Below are positions 37,847-48,303 of a stretch of 64,000 nucleotides of DNA, piece after piece. The translations under genes and the position numbers were made by a program. The notes below the pieces were generated by a model that worked only from the letters and a program-made list of their open reading frames with translations, ran no database searches and had not been told where the DNA came from. This DNA is from an uncultured Candidatus Saccharibacteria bacterium (GTDB taxonomy: Bacteria; Patescibacteriota; UBA1384; JAMDBS01; DAOVQR01). The DNA lies in NCBI GenBank assembly GCA_964481135.1, contig CAYZSW010000002.1:29283-93282 (forward strand). The letters are read 5' to 3'. Positions within the stretch are counted from its first letter, which is position 1; the number at the start of each line of letters is the position of its first letter.

Positions 37847-38770
37847 ATGAAAAAATTTTCATTTTTAACACTGATTATTGTCTCGACAATAATCCTCCTA
37901 GTAGGATCTGCCTATGTGGCAGTCCAAGAGAACATCCCAACTTTTTCAACTACAACTAAAACCATAACCGCAGCTGAGATTACCCCGGAATACACGGTCG
38001 ACAATATAAACTTGAGTTCAGGCGTTGTTAAATCAACTGGGCTTAAAATATTTTACCCAACTGCAATAAATGACCCAATTTACTTTGAAGAAAAAAGTCA
38101 ACAAGATCTATTTGAGTGTGCAAAAGGAATATTGCACTCAAATAGATTTGGTCATGTTAAACCAGAAATAATAATCGACATGATCGAATTAAAAGAAGGT
38201 CAAACTATTGCTGACATTGGCGCTGCCTACGGATATGACACCTTTCCCTTTTCTCAAGTAGTTGGAAAAACAGGAAAGGTTTACTCCACAGATATTAATC
38301 CGTATGTTCTGTGGTATCAAATGCAATTGCGAACAAAAATGGCAGAAAAATACGGAGAAAAGGGTTACTATTATGATAACATTTCAATTATTCTTAATAG
38401 AACCTACGATTTAACACTGCCAAATGAAATATTAGATATTGCATTCATAAAGGATGTGCATCTACTGTTTTACGATCCAGAAAAAAAAGAAAATGGACTA
38501 GCTTCAGAAATAAATCCTGACGAAGAAGAGCAGTCCAGGATCGAAAATGCAATATATGAAGAAAATAAAAACTTCGTGTTATCGGTTAAAAAAGCAATGA
38601 AGCCTAATGCGACATTAGTTGTCATAGAAGGAAAACATGGTGGAGAAATCGCCGTAACAAAGGAAACCTTCAAAAAACTAATGAAAAAATTTGGTTTCGA
38701 AATAGTCAAAGATTACGACGAAGTAATTAGTGACTACAACTTCTACATATTGAAAAAATGCGAGGTGTGA
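37847..38770 (+). CDS. Class I SAM-dependent methyltransferase-like protein with an N-terminal signal/TM
   Basis: IADIGAAYG, VGKTGKVYSTDI; hydrophobic N-terminus. Confidence 0.8.
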   Translation: MKKFSFLTLIIVSTIILLVGSAYVAVQENIPTFSTTTKTITAAEITPEYTVDNINLSSGVVKSTGLKIFYPTAINDPIYFEEKSQQDLFECAKGILHSNRFGHVKPEIIIDMIELKEGQTIADIGAAYGYDTFPFSQVVGKTGKVYSTDINPYVLWYQMQLRTKMAEKYGEKGYYYDNISIILNRTYDLTLPNEILDIAFIKDVHLLFYDPEKKENGLASEINPDEEEQSRIENAIYEENKNFVLSVKKAMKPNATLVVIEGKHGGEIAVTKETFKKLMKKFGFEIVKDYDEVISDYNFYILKKCEV

Positions 38771-38774
38771 ACCA

Positions 38775-39473
38775 ATGAACAACACCAAAAAAAATATTGT
38801 TTATTACATAATAACAATTATTGCTTTTCTAACAATAATTATTTCCTTCCGAATAGCGATAATTGTGAAACCTTCATCGGAAATAAAACCAGTCATACCA
38901 AAAATGAAGATTCAAGGTCTTGAATCAGATAATAGGCGAAGCAGAAGCAATAAAAAATTTTTTGAGTATATAGAAGAAGACAAATGGGATAATGCATTAG
39001 AAATGATAAAAAATAAAACCGTAGAGCCTAATGCAAAAAATCCCAATCAGTGCTATTGGACAATAGCACACTACACCGCAGACAATATAGAACGACTAGA
39101 ACAACTAATTGCCCTAGGTGTAGATGTCAACATAAAGGATGAGGTAGGTCGGACAATCCTGCACATCCAAAGCTACAGGGCTAGAACCCGTTGTATCGTC
39201 TGGAGCTTGGATAACGGAATAGACCCCAACTCCAATGACAATATAGGGCAAACTCCTTTGCACTACGCATCAAAAATGGATGCTCAGACAAAATTAGATG
39301 GGTATCCTATAGTTGAAGCGGACCACGAGCTGGCGATCCATATTCTGCTAGCTAGGGGTGCAGATCCAAAAAAAACGGATGCAAACGGCAACACTCCGTT
39401 AGATCTTGCAAAAATAAAAAATCGTCAAGATGTTTTGCCGATTTTGAATAAAGTAACTAAATCTCTCAATTGA
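38775..39473 (+). CDS. Ankyrin repeat protein with an N-terminal TM
   Basis: GVDVN.KDEVGRT.LH, GQTPLHYA, GADP...D.NGNTPLDLA. Confidence 0.9.
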   Translation: MNNTKKNIVYYIITIIAFLTIIISFRIAIIVKPSSEIKPVIPKMKIQGLESDNRRSRSNKKFFEYIEEDKWDNALEMIKNKTVEPNAKNPNQCYWTIAHYTADNIERLEQLIALGVDVNIKDEVGRTILHIQSYRARTRCIVWSLDNGIDPNSNDNIGQTPLHYASKMDAQTKLDGYPIVEADHELAIHILLARGADPKKTDANGNTPLDLAKIKNRQDVLPILNKVTKSLN

Positions 39474-39483
39474 GAGATTTTTT

Positions 39484-41205
39484 TTATGGCAATCTTATTA
39501 TCATCCAATTAAATTGCATATTTTCACCATTATTATTTGAACGAATTCTAAAACCTGGTGGGATTCCAGCATTTACAGAATCAACCCAATAAATTCCCTG
39601 TGGTTGCGAGGCAGGAGTAATATATACCAAATCATTTACCGCCAAACGAGCATTACCATCTAAAGTAATATCTATATATGCCTCTACACCATCTATAGTC
39701 CATGCTCCTGTTGATTGGCCAGTCCAAGTACCACCGCCAACTACACCACCCCTAGTTTTAATACCAAATATTTGACCAATGCTAGAATTACCAATAAATT
39801 TAGCTACATAATTTTCATCATTAGTAAAAGCATTGTTTTCTACAGTTATACCAGTAGTGTTTTCTACATTTACACCTGCCTGGTTGATAGTAAATATTGT
39901 GTCATTATTAGAAGCCTCTACATTCAACATGGTCACTCTATTAAATCTTAAATCTAATACACTTGTCGCATCTATGCTATTACCTAATCGTAAAGTACCT
40001 GCTGTAACATTGCTCGGATAAATATTATCAACGATTAAATTAGCATTTTGCACCGTAATAGAGTCGGTTGCTCCAACTTCAGTAAACAATATCCTAGCAT
40101 CAGTAGCTCCTAACCCCACCCACTGTCCATCTGCAACTGTAATATTGTTGTTAAACGACCATCCTCCAGTAATTGTTTCGTTGGCAGAAAGGTCAAGTAA
40201 GTTTTGATTTTGTATGCCAGCGATAGTATTTGTTACTGCATTAAAACTAATATCACCAGTTCCTGTAATATTATTCCCTCCCATGTTAATAGCACCACTC
40301 ATGGTGCCGCCAGAAAGATTTAGTTTTGAATTTAATTGAGTTTGTAAATTTGATGTTGTACCTACTAAATATTGAAAATTTGTTGATGTAACGCCAGCTA
40401 AAGCACCACCTGAGAGAATATTAAGATCATTGGTGTTTCCAGTATAACCACCAAGTACATTAATCTCCCCTGCTGTTGCCAAAACAGTAACTGAATTAAG
40501 CTCAAATGCGCCAGTAATATTCATTGTTCCGGAAGTTGTAATATCTCCAGAAGTATTGATGGAAATATTTGATGCTAGGTCAGATCCTTGTATTTGATTT
40601 GCCAAATTAAGTGATGAATAAGTTATTGAATTTGCTGGAAGTGAAACTGATCCGCCAGTAATATTTAAACCATTTGATGCTTCTAATGTACCTGCAGATT
40701 TTATTCCAGCTGCAATATCAATTTCTCCTAAAGAATTAAGTTTTAGTATATTATTAGATCCTGTGCCAGGCGTTGCTCCTTGTAGAGCTTGAGAATTAGA
40801 TGCATTTAAAGACCACGGGGCAGAGCCTAGTTGTTTTCTAGGAGTCATCTCAGAGTCAGACCCAATTCTTACTCCTAAATAATAGTCAGAACCTGAAAAA
40901 TCAGTGTTAAGTGGAGTAATAGACCCTAGCTGTGCATCTACATAACCGCGGGTAGCATAAAGAGTATGAGTTTCTGACCAAAAAGAAGATCCGCCTGAAG
41001 ACTGGGTGTAAAGAGAAAAAGACACGGTGTAATAACCATTTGAAACAATATTACCTGATTTATTCATTAGTCGTGCTTGGTAATGTAAAGTATTAGACAT
41101 TGCCAAAGATTGAGAATAGTTAAAAAATACACATATAGATGCAATAAAAACTACTACTATAATAGTCCACCAATTCTGATTATTGTGAAATCTTTTTAGC
41201 AACAA
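39484..41205 (-). CDS. Secreted/surface fibre-like protein, paralogue 1
   Basis: Signal peptide, YQARL...G.Y.V.FSLY...GG..W.ET domain, KLNL.GGTMSGAI.MG fibre motif, Gly/Thr/Asn-rich. Confidence 0.75.
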   Translation of the reverse strand: MLLKRFHNNQNWWTIIVVVFIASICVFFNYSQSLAMSNTLHYQARLMNKSGNIVSNGYYTVSFSLYTQSSGGSSFWSETHTLYATRGYVDAQLGSITPLNTDFSGSDYYLGVRIGSDSEMTPRKQLGSAPWSLNASNSQALQGATPGTGSNNILKLNSLGEIDIAAGIKSAGTLEASNGLNITGGSVSLPANSITYSSLNLANQIQGSDLASNISINTSGDITTSGTMNITGAFELNSVTVLATAGEINVLGGYTGNTNDLNILSGGALAGVTSTNFQYLVGTTSNLQTQLNSKLNLSGGTMSGAINMGGNNITGTGDISFNAVTNTIAGIQNQNLLDLSANETITGGWSFNNNITVADGQWVGLGATDARILFTEVGATDSITVQNANLIVDNIYPSNVTAGTLRLGNSIDATSVLDLRFNRVTMLNVEASNNDTIFTINQAGVNVENTTGITVENNAFTNDENYVAKFIGNSSIGQIFGIKTRGGVVGGGTWTGQSTGAWTIDGVEAYIDITLDGNARLAVNDLVYITPASQPQGIYWVDSVNAGIPPGFRIRSNNNGENMQFNWMIIRLP

Positions 41206-41290
41206 CCCTCCTTAAAGAGTAGTTTTTAATACGAATATTTAAACTAAGTATACCAAAGATGGCGTAAAATTAGAATGTGGATAATTTAAT
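40348..41290. repeat. ~940-bp direct repeat, copy 1 (copy 2 at 43331-44273, offset 2983)
   Basis: Identical by inspection from 40348 to 41263, then 2 mismatches; covers the 5' gene half and upstream DNA. Confidence 0.92.
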
Positions 41291-41522
41291 AAAATTCAGT
41301 ATAATTAAGTCATAAATGGTTACAAAGGATAAAATACTTATACAAATTTCGAAAAACTACAATTAAATGCAATTTATTCAAATACTAATTAAATTTAATT
41401 ATTGACATAGTATAAAAAAATAGGTTAATATAATAAACTTAGATAATTATTTTATGTGTTAAAAATTATCTAAGTAATTTTAATGGCTTTATTAAAAATT
41501 TGATTTAAAAGGAATGATATGA

Positions 41523-42494
41523 ATGAAAAAGTATTTTTTTGTAATTTTGACAACATTAATAATCGGCTATTTACTCGGAGGATTAACAATAACTCCAAAA
41601 ATCAATAAAATAATCGAGGTAGTAGAAGTTAAAGATACTCATACCGTAACCCTAACTCATAGTCCTAACCCTGTACCAACAATTATAGATATTGGTACGA
41701 TTCAGGTACCAGATGAAGACGAAATCGAAGCATTGCTAACTACTTCTCCCGAACCAGCCAAAAGGATTTATACAATTACAAAAAACGATGTCTTATTTTA
41801 TGAAGAACAACTAACTGTTCTGAAAAATAACGACATCTCCAATTCCATGAAACTGTTCAAGGAAGCTTATTCTTCAGCGACAATGGAAAAAATGAAAAAA
41901 ATCGATATACTTGTTGAAAACAAGTACATCGGAAAAAATAGTACTATTCTAGATTTTGGATGTGGAAACGGTAGATACACATTCAAATTTAGCGAAATAG
42001 TAGGACCGGATGGAAAGGTTTATGCCGTTGACCAAAGCATAAATGCATTAACGGCAATACTGTGTCTGGCACAAAGTGCCAAGCAAAACACTGACAACAT
42101 CATAATAAAAATAAACAACAACTATCAGTCTGCGGTCGCAGACGAGATCATAGATCTTATTTTTATTAGCGATGTTCATATTTTTCACTACGACAATCTT
42201 TCGAAAATTAATTCGGAAGGTAATAATTTTCACTATGGGTCACAAAAAGATCAAGATAAATTGTTAAAACAAATTGATGAAGAATGGACAACCTTGATCG
42301 ATTCTTTGTACAATTCGACAAAAAAAAACGGTTACTTAGTTGTAACCGAATATATGAGATGCTCTGGAAGCAAACTACGAATGAGCGAAAAAACAGTCAT
42401 TCGGCTATTTGAAAAACATAAATTTAAACTCGAAAAGAGCTTTACAGACTCCTTTAAAGAGGAGCCGATCCATTACTTAGTCTTTAAAAAATAA
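41523..42494 (+). CDS. Class I SAM-dependent methyltransferase-like protein with an N-terminal signal/TM
   Basis: ILDFGCGNG, VGPDGKVYAVD; shares the D..FI.DVH motif with 37847..38770. Confidence 0.82.
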   Translation: MKKYFFVILTTLIIGYLLGGLTITPKINKIIEVVEVKDTHTVTLTHSPNPVPTIIDIGTIQVPDEDEIEALLTTSPEPAKRIYTITKNDVLFYEEQLTVLKNNDISNSMKLFKEAYSSATMEKMKKIDILVENKYIGKNSTILDFGCGNGRYTFKFSEIVGPDGKVYAVDQSINALTAILCLAQSAKQNTDNIIIKINNNYQSAVADEIIDLIFISDVHIFHYDNLSKINSEGNNFHYGSQKDQDKLLKQIDEEWTTLIDSLYNSTKKNGYLVVTEYMRCSGSKLRMSEKTVIRLFEKHKFKLEKSFTDSFKEEPIHYLVFKK

Positions 42495-42610
42495 TTCAAT
42501 CAAATACCTACATTTATATAAATGTAGGTATTTTTTATTTAATAATCCTATACTTAGCCCAATTCTTAATTATGACTAATAAAAGTACAATTTATTTTCA
42601 ATAAAATATA

Positions 42611-44188
42611 TTATTGTCTAATTATAATCCAGTTAAAATCCATCGTTTCCTGAAATACACCTCCAGAATCTCTTGAAGATACTGTAAATGAATCAGCTCC
42701 AGCAGTTATCCAATAATCTCCATTTCCTACTTTCTCAGTTACTGGTGTAATTATAACCAAATCATTGCTATTTAGAAATGCTGTACTCACTGTAATAGTG
42801 CTAGGATTTGCATTACTCCACGCTCCAGTTTCTCTGCCAGACCAGTACGAATCTCCTTTAATGTAAGAATTTTCTGTTTGTAAAAGTGCATTTCTAAATA
42901 ATAATTGATCCATTGTATCATCAACAAAAACTATATCTGCTCCACCAATACCCCCCACCCCGATTGTTCGACTACTAGACATGGCAATATTACCAGATAC
43001 ATTTAATTGATCTACATTAAAATATTGCGCATTGTCAATACTAATACTACCTGCACCCGTTGCGCTAAAAGATATTCTTGGGCTTGCTGCCCCCAACCCC
43101 ACCCACTGTCCATCTGCAACTGTAATATTGTTATTAAACAACCATCCTCCAGTAATTGTTTCATTGGCAGAAAGATCAAGTAAGTTTTGATTTTGGATAC
43201 CTGCAACAGTATTTGTAACTGCATCAAAGGTAATATTGCCGGTTGCAGTTAAATTGTTTCCTCCCATAGCAATAGCTCCGCTCATAGTGCCACCAGCAAG
43301 ATTTAGTTTAGAGTTTAATTGAGTTTGAAGATTTGATGTTGTACCTACTAAATATTGAAAATTTGTTGATGTAACGCCAGCTAAAGCACCACCTGAGAGA
43401 ATATTAAGATCATTGGTGTTTCCAGTATAACCACCAAGTACATTAATCTCCCCTGCTGTTGCCAAAACAGTAACTGAATTAAGCTCAAATGCGCCAGTAA
43501 TATTCATTGTTCCGGAAGTTGTAATATCTCCAGAAGTATTGATGGAAATATTTGATGCTAGGTCAGATCCTTGTATTTGATTTGCCAAATTAAGTGATGA
43601 ATAAGTTATTGAATTTGCTGGAAGTGAAACTGATCCGCCAGTAATATTTAAACCATTTGATGCTTCTAATGTACCTGCAGATTTTATTCCAGCTGCAATA
43701 TCAATTTCTCCTAAAGAATTAAGTTTTAGTATATTATTAGATCCTGTGCCAGGCGTTGCTCCTTGTAGAGCTTGAGAATTAGATGCATTTAAAGACCACG
43801 GGGCAGAGCCTAGTTGTTTTCTAGGAGTCATCTCAGAGTCAGACCCAATTCTTACTCCTAAATAATAGTCAGAACCTGAAAAATCAGTGTTAAGTGGAGT
43901 AATAGACCCTAGCTGTGCATCTACATAACCGCGGGTAGCATAAAGAGTATGAGTTTCTGACCAAAAAGAAGATCCGCCTGAAGACTGGGTGTAAAGAGAA
44001 AAAGACACGGTGTAATAACCATTTGAAACAATATTACCTGATTTATTCATTAGTCGTGCTTGGTAATGTAAAGTATTAGACATTGCCAAAGATTGAGAAT
44101 AGTTAAAAAATACACATATAGATGCAATAAAAACTACTACTATAATAGTCCACCAATTCTGATTATTGTGAAATCTTTTTAGCAACAA
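42611..44188 (-). CDS. Secreted/surface fibre-like protein, paralogue 2
   Basis: First ~295 aa identical to 39484..41205; C-terminal part different. Confidence 0.75.
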   Translation of the reverse strand: MLLKRFHNNQNWWTIIVVVFIASICVFFNYSQSLAMSNTLHYQARLMNKSGNIVSNGYYTVSFSLYTQSSGGSSFWSETHTLYATRGYVDAQLGSITPLNTDFSGSDYYLGVRIGSDSEMTPRKQLGSAPWSLNASNSQALQGATPGTGSNNILKLNSLGEIDIAAGIKSAGTLEASNGLNITGGSVSLPANSITYSSLNLANQIQGSDLASNISINTSGDITTSGTMNITGAFELNSVTVLATAGEINVLGGYTGNTNDLNILSGGALAGVTSTNFQYLVGTTSNLQTQLNSKLNLAGGTMSGAIAMGGNNLTATGNITFDAVTNTVAGIQNQNLLDLSANETITGGWLFNNNITVADGQWVGLGAASPRISFSATGAGSISIDNAQYFNVDQLNVSGNIAMSSSRTIGVGGIGGADIVFVDDTMDQLLFRNALLQTENSYIKGDSYWSGRETGAWSNANPSTITVSTAFLNSNDLVIITPVTEKVGNGDYWITAGADSFTVSSRDSGGVFQETMDFNWIIIRQ

Positions 44189-44268
44189 CCCTCCTTAAAG
44201 AGTAGTTTTTAATACGAATATTTAAACTAAGTATACCAAAGATGGCATGAAATTAGAATGTGGATAAT

Positions 44269-44451
44269 TTAATTGCTAATTGCACTAACAGGGCATTGAT
44301 CTATTGAATCTTTAATGCACCCGTCATTTTTTTCTAAATCTGCGTTTTTTTTAACCTGTGATTTGTTATTTTCATCTAATTCAAACACATCAGGACAAAC
44401 ACTCACGCATGTCCCACAACCAATACAAACATCTTTATTTACTTGAACCAT
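44269..44451 (-). CDS. Ferredoxin (single-cluster type)
   Basis: CIGCGTC...CP and C-terminal CPV.AI. Confidence 0.92.
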   Translation of the reverse strand: MVQVNKDVCIGCGTCVSVCPDVFELDENNKSQVKKNADLEKNDGCIKDSIDQCPVSAISN

Positions 44452-44520
44452 ATAACTCCTTTATTTTAATATTATTTATATTTACTATTATATCTAATTT
44501 TGATAATATGACAATGTTTT

Positions 44521-44595
44521 GGCCTTGTCGTCTAGTGGTTAGGACACATGCTTCTCAAGCATGCAACACGGGTTCGATTCCCGTCAAGGCTGCCA
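44521..44595 (+). tRNA. tRNA-Glu(CTC)
   Basis: Cloverleaf; catgc-ttCTCaa-gcatg; GGTTCGATTCC; CCA encoded. Confidence 0.95.
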
Positions 44596-44720
44596 AATAA
44601 ATTTTTGAAAACTAAACTAAAAACTGCCTATTAGGCAGTTTTTAGTTTAATCCTAGTTCAACATTATTTTAAAGTTGAATCAAGGATTTCAATTGAAATT
44701 GGGCGTTTCATTTTACCCTC

Positions 44721-44810
44721 CCTTGCCCGCCATCGCAAGCTTGAGCTTTACCCGCCTGCCACGACTTGTGTCTGGCATGTCGGGCATGGCTCAGGCGTTG
44801 CAGGCGTGGC
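44721..44810. repeat. Nested GC-rich palindromic elements (TGCCCGCC family)
   Basis: tgcccgccatcgcaagc shared with 25927-25943; inner cccgcctgcc...cgggca resembles 19892-19936 and 59293-59332. Confidence 0.75.
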
Positions 44811-44876
44811 TTCTTTATATTTAATTTTTAACTCATTAATGTTAACTGTTAATTGTTAATTGTTATTTGTTAATTA

Positions 44877-46406
44877 TTACTTATGTATAAACACCGGTGT
44901 ACCAACAGGAGCAAAATTGTAAACTGTTGCAGCAGCTCCCACTCCGAGACGAATACAACCATGCGACACAGGAGTTCCTAAGTGAGATTCACCCTCTTTA
45001 GCACCACCTGGCCACTCTGGCAACTCATGTATTCCATACCCTCCACCAATTCCCATCCAATAAGGCATATATAGTCCATATCTAGCTGACCAAGCCCTAG
45101 CATTTTTGTCAGAGACATACCTTGTTCCGACTGGTGTTGGCATACTCCATTTTCCAGTAGATACTCTGAAACTACCGTGCGGAGTTTCTCCATCAAATAA
45201 ATACATAGTTTGTGTACTTAAATTCACTTCAATATACTTACCTTCTGCAAGACCAGGGGTTCCTCCGGATAAACCTAGTTCTTTTGGCTCTACCTCAATT
45301 TCTCCTGCTTTTTCAACACTTACAATTAACTTAATTTCATTACTAATACTTTGACCATCTAATCTACTTGTTAAAATATTTTTTGTACTTGTTAATGTTT
45401 TATCTTCATCGAGTTTTCTACCATCTTGACCATTTGCAATAACTGCTTTAGTTCTTTTGTTGATTTTTTTATCAATCATTTTTTTATTGATTTTTTTTGC
45501 TAAATCTTCCTGAATAAAATTTTTAATAGCATCATCTGCAATTTCTATTGATATTGCTAAACCGACCTCAGGCTTTAAAACTAACCAACTGGCAATTTCT
45601 TCTGGACTGGCATTATATGTTTTATGCTTATCAGTATCAATAAAAACTATTTCATCTGAAATTATTTGTTCAATCTGAGGCAAAACTGTTTCGACCTGTT
45701 TTTGATTTATTTCAGGGTTAATTGATAACCAAAATATAATTATAATATTATTTTCTTTTGTACTTAAATCTTTTGCTATCTCTAATTTTAATCTTTCTAT
45801 ATCAGCCTTTTGACCAAACTCTTCCTTTTCAATAGAAATATTTCCATCTTTAACTAAAACTGTTGCGTTTTTTGGTTCTTTGTGTTGGTCTGGTGCAATC
45901 TCTTTAATTTTTTCTTCTATTTTGCCCTCAACAACATTTAAAATATAATTAAAATCTTTTCCGTAATAAAGCGACTGCATTTGCTCAATACTATTATTTA
46001 TATAATTAGAATCTCTACCGTAGCTAAATGCTTGTTTAATAGTTTTATCCAAATCAACACTCACTCCTAAATCAGCAATTTTAACCTGGCGAGATTCTCC
46101 ATTGTTTTTGATTGTAACCTGCGCCTGACCAATATTTACCAGCTTATTTTCTAATTTTAATTTTGCCTCCTGTTGAGTTTTTCCACCAACCTCATAACCA
46201 GCAATTTTTACTCCAGGAAAAAACTGATTTTCATAAGCTTTAGCATAAATTAAAGAAAGACCTACTAAAAGTCCAATAAAAATAATTAAACTAAAAATTA
46301 TTGTAACAAAAATTTTTGAACCAGATCTTTTTTTACTTAAATCACCAGAATTTTTTATATCTTGCGAAATGTTTTTATTTTGTTTTTGTTTTTTATTACC
46401 ACTCAT
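44877..46406 (-). CDS. L,D-transpeptidase (YkuD) with N-terminal TM and peptidoglycan-binding region
   Basis: IEVNLSTQ, VSTGK..TP.G, GIHE, SHGCIRL. Confidence 0.92.
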   Translation of the reverse strand: MSGNKKQKQNKNISQDIKNSGDLSKKRSGSKIFVTIIFSLIIFIGLLVGLSLIYAKAYENQFFPGVKIAGYEVGGKTQQEAKLKLENKLVNIGQAQVTIKNNGESRQVKIADLGVSVDLDKTIKQAFSYGRDSNYINNSIEQMQSLYYGKDFNYILNVVEGKIEEKIKEIAPDQHKEPKNATVLVKDGNISIEKEEFGQKADIERLKLEIAKDLSTKENNIIIIFWLSINPEINQKQVETVLPQIEQIISDEIVFIDTDKHKTYNASPEEIASWLVLKPEVGLAISIEIADDAIKNFIQEDLAKKINKKMIDKKINKRTKAVIANGQDGRKLDEDKTLTSTKNILTSRLDGQSISNEIKLIVSVEKAGEIEVEPKELGLSGGTPGLAEGKYIEVNLSTQTMYLFDGETPHGSFRVSTGKWSMPTPVGTRYVSDKNARAWSARYGLYMPYWMGIGGGYGIHELPEWPGGAKEGESHLGTPVSHGCIRLGVGAAATVYNFAPVGTPVFIHK

Positions 46407-46568
46407 TTTTCCCTCTTTATATTTGTTTTTGTTTTTAGATTAATATTTTTTATAAAAATCAATTATTAAATCATTATAGCAAAAAATTTCACCCAAGTCA
46501 AGCAAGGAGTATTTAAACAAAATATTAAAAAAAAGGGCGAGATGCCCTTTTGCTTAATAAACTATATT

Positions 46569-47180
46569 TCAAAAATATGGGTATTTTAATACTTTAAAAG
46601 CTATTCCTCGATCATTTAAATTAAAAGAATCTATTTCCGGAAACAGTTCTTCATAATCAGCAATTCTGTATTTTGTTTCTCCTAGATAGAAAGCAAGCAA
46701 CAGAATTTTTTGTTTTAGTTCTTCCATGTTTCTAGCACATGAAATATATTTGTGGTTTGTGATTGAAAAGAAACCATAATCAAACAGCATATCATTACAC
46801 AATTGAATGTAAAATTGTTCTTTCTTCGTAGGAATTGCATTGGTAGAAATTCCATTAACTGATTTTTTATTGGGTAGTAGCATGCCTCGGCCAACGCTTA
46901 TTGACTGAGTATCGGTTTCCGCGCGCAAAAACATACAAAAAGAACATTCTTTTCTAGAACTTATGTATTCTTTAAAAAACTTTTCGCAATTTCTTCGAAA
47001 AATACATTCTGCGGAAAATCTAATTTTACCTTCATAAAAATACTTATGCAACATTTTTCGAAAAATTATTTCAAAGTTATAGAGCTGGAAATGTGAAAGA
47101 ATATAAACCAGCGGAGCAGGAGAAAACAACGAGTTGAATTCAATATTAGCAAAACCAAGTTTACGAAGATTATAATTCAT
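46569..47180 (-). CDS. Hypothetical protein
   Basis: 203-aa ORF with AAGGAGG RBS and a downstream hairpin; no motif recognised. Confidence 0.6.
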   Translation of the reverse strand: MNYNLRKLGFANIEFNSLFSPAPLVYILSHFQLYNFEIIFRKMLHKYFYEGKIRFSAECIFRRNCEKFFKEYISSRKECSFCMFLRAETDTQSISVGRGMLLPNKKSVNGISTNAIPTKKEQFYIQLCNDMLFDYGFFSITNHKYISCARNMEELKQKILLLAFYLGETKYRIADYEELFPEIDSFNLNDRGIAFKVLKYPYF

Positions 47181-47400
47181 ACTTCCTCCTTATTAATGTT
47201 CAATTAAATTTACAAATAACAAAAAATGCCATTGGGGCATTCTAAGACACAAAAGAATTAATTTTTTGCATCAATATTATTTGCATAATAAGATTATACT
47301 AAAAAAAAAATTAAAATAAAAGTGGAAAACTTTTTTATAACAATTGATAAGGAGAGATCTATATGATATAATTTTTTTAGATTAATCAATAAAATACTTT

Positions 47401-47476
47401 GCGTGTGTAGCTCAGTGGTTAGAGCGCCACCCTTATAAGGTGGAGGTCGAGGGTTCAATTCCCTCCACACGTACCA
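47401..47476 (+). tRNA. tRNA-Ile(TAT)
   Basis: Cloverleaf; ccacc-ctTATaa-ggtgg; A73 discriminator; CCA encoded. Confidence 0.9.
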
Positions 47477-47703
47477 AATTAAAATAAGCTAGATTTAGCT
47501 TATTTTTTATTACTAATTCACTACCCACCTACTTACCTACTGGCCTACTCTCCTACTTAACTACTCCCTATTCACCTTGACTTAACAGGTTTTTTTTGGT
47601 ACAATAATTTAATTTACTAATAATTTCTTAAAATAAAAATAAAAATGCACAATCAAAAATCCTCGGTGGGACAAAGTCCATCGGGACAAAAATTTAAATT
47701 AAT

Positions 47704-48303
47704 ATGTATAAGAATGAAATAAAAACAAGTGTTAGTATTATAGACAAAAAAGCAAAAAACTATATTATTTTTGCCACTATTTTATCTGTAATAATTTATT
47801 TTACGCTCGTATTTTTAATAATTCCATGCCGGGCTTTTGCAACAAATATTTCAGAAAGTAAATTAGTCGAACTTGTTAATCAAGAAAGAAAAACTCGAGG
47901 TCTTTCAGAACTATCACAAGATCCACAACTTTACTACGCTGCCAAATTAAAAGCACAAGACATGATAAACAAAAACTACTTTAATCATTATTCTCCTAAC
48001 GGAAAATCACCTTGGGATTTTATTCGCAATTCTGGATACGAATATCAAAAAGCCGGGGAAAATCTTGCTATGGATTTTGCTACCTCAAGCGGCATTCATA
48101 ATGCATGGATGGCCAGTGAAACACATAAAAATAATATCTTGAAACCAGATTACGAACATATTGCAATTGCAGTATTGAAAGGCAATTTCAATAATAAAAA
48201 TACAACCATGGTTGTTCAAATGTTTGGTAATCCTATGCCAGAAAATCAATATCCCGCACAATCTTTGATATTTGGCATTAGAAATTTTATTTTAGGATTT
48301 TAA
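47704..48303 (+). CDS. CAP/SCP domain protein
   Basis: LVNQER...GL, AA..KA.DM...YF.H.SP.G, AGENLA, WMAS..H..NIL. Confidence 0.92.
   Translation: MYKNEIKTSVSIIDKKAKNYIIFATILSVIIYFTLVFLIIPCRAFATNISESKLVELVNQERKTRGLSELSQDPQLYYAAKLKAQDMINKNYFNHYSPNGKSPWDFIRNSGYEYQKAGENLAMDFATSSGIHNAWMASETHKNNILKPDYEHIAIAVLKGNFNNKNTTMVVQMFGNPMPENQYPAQSLIFGIRNFILGF

Noticed and set aside
40110-43330. Diversity-generating retroelement (TR/VR pair plus Avd-like genes)
   Set aside because: No reverse transcriptase is in the window, and the differences between the paralogues are mostly synonymous third-position changes, not adenine-specific.
36957-44273. Prophage
   Set aside because: Fibre-like proteins are present, but there is no integrase, terminase, capsid or portal gene, and the fibres carry signal peptides.
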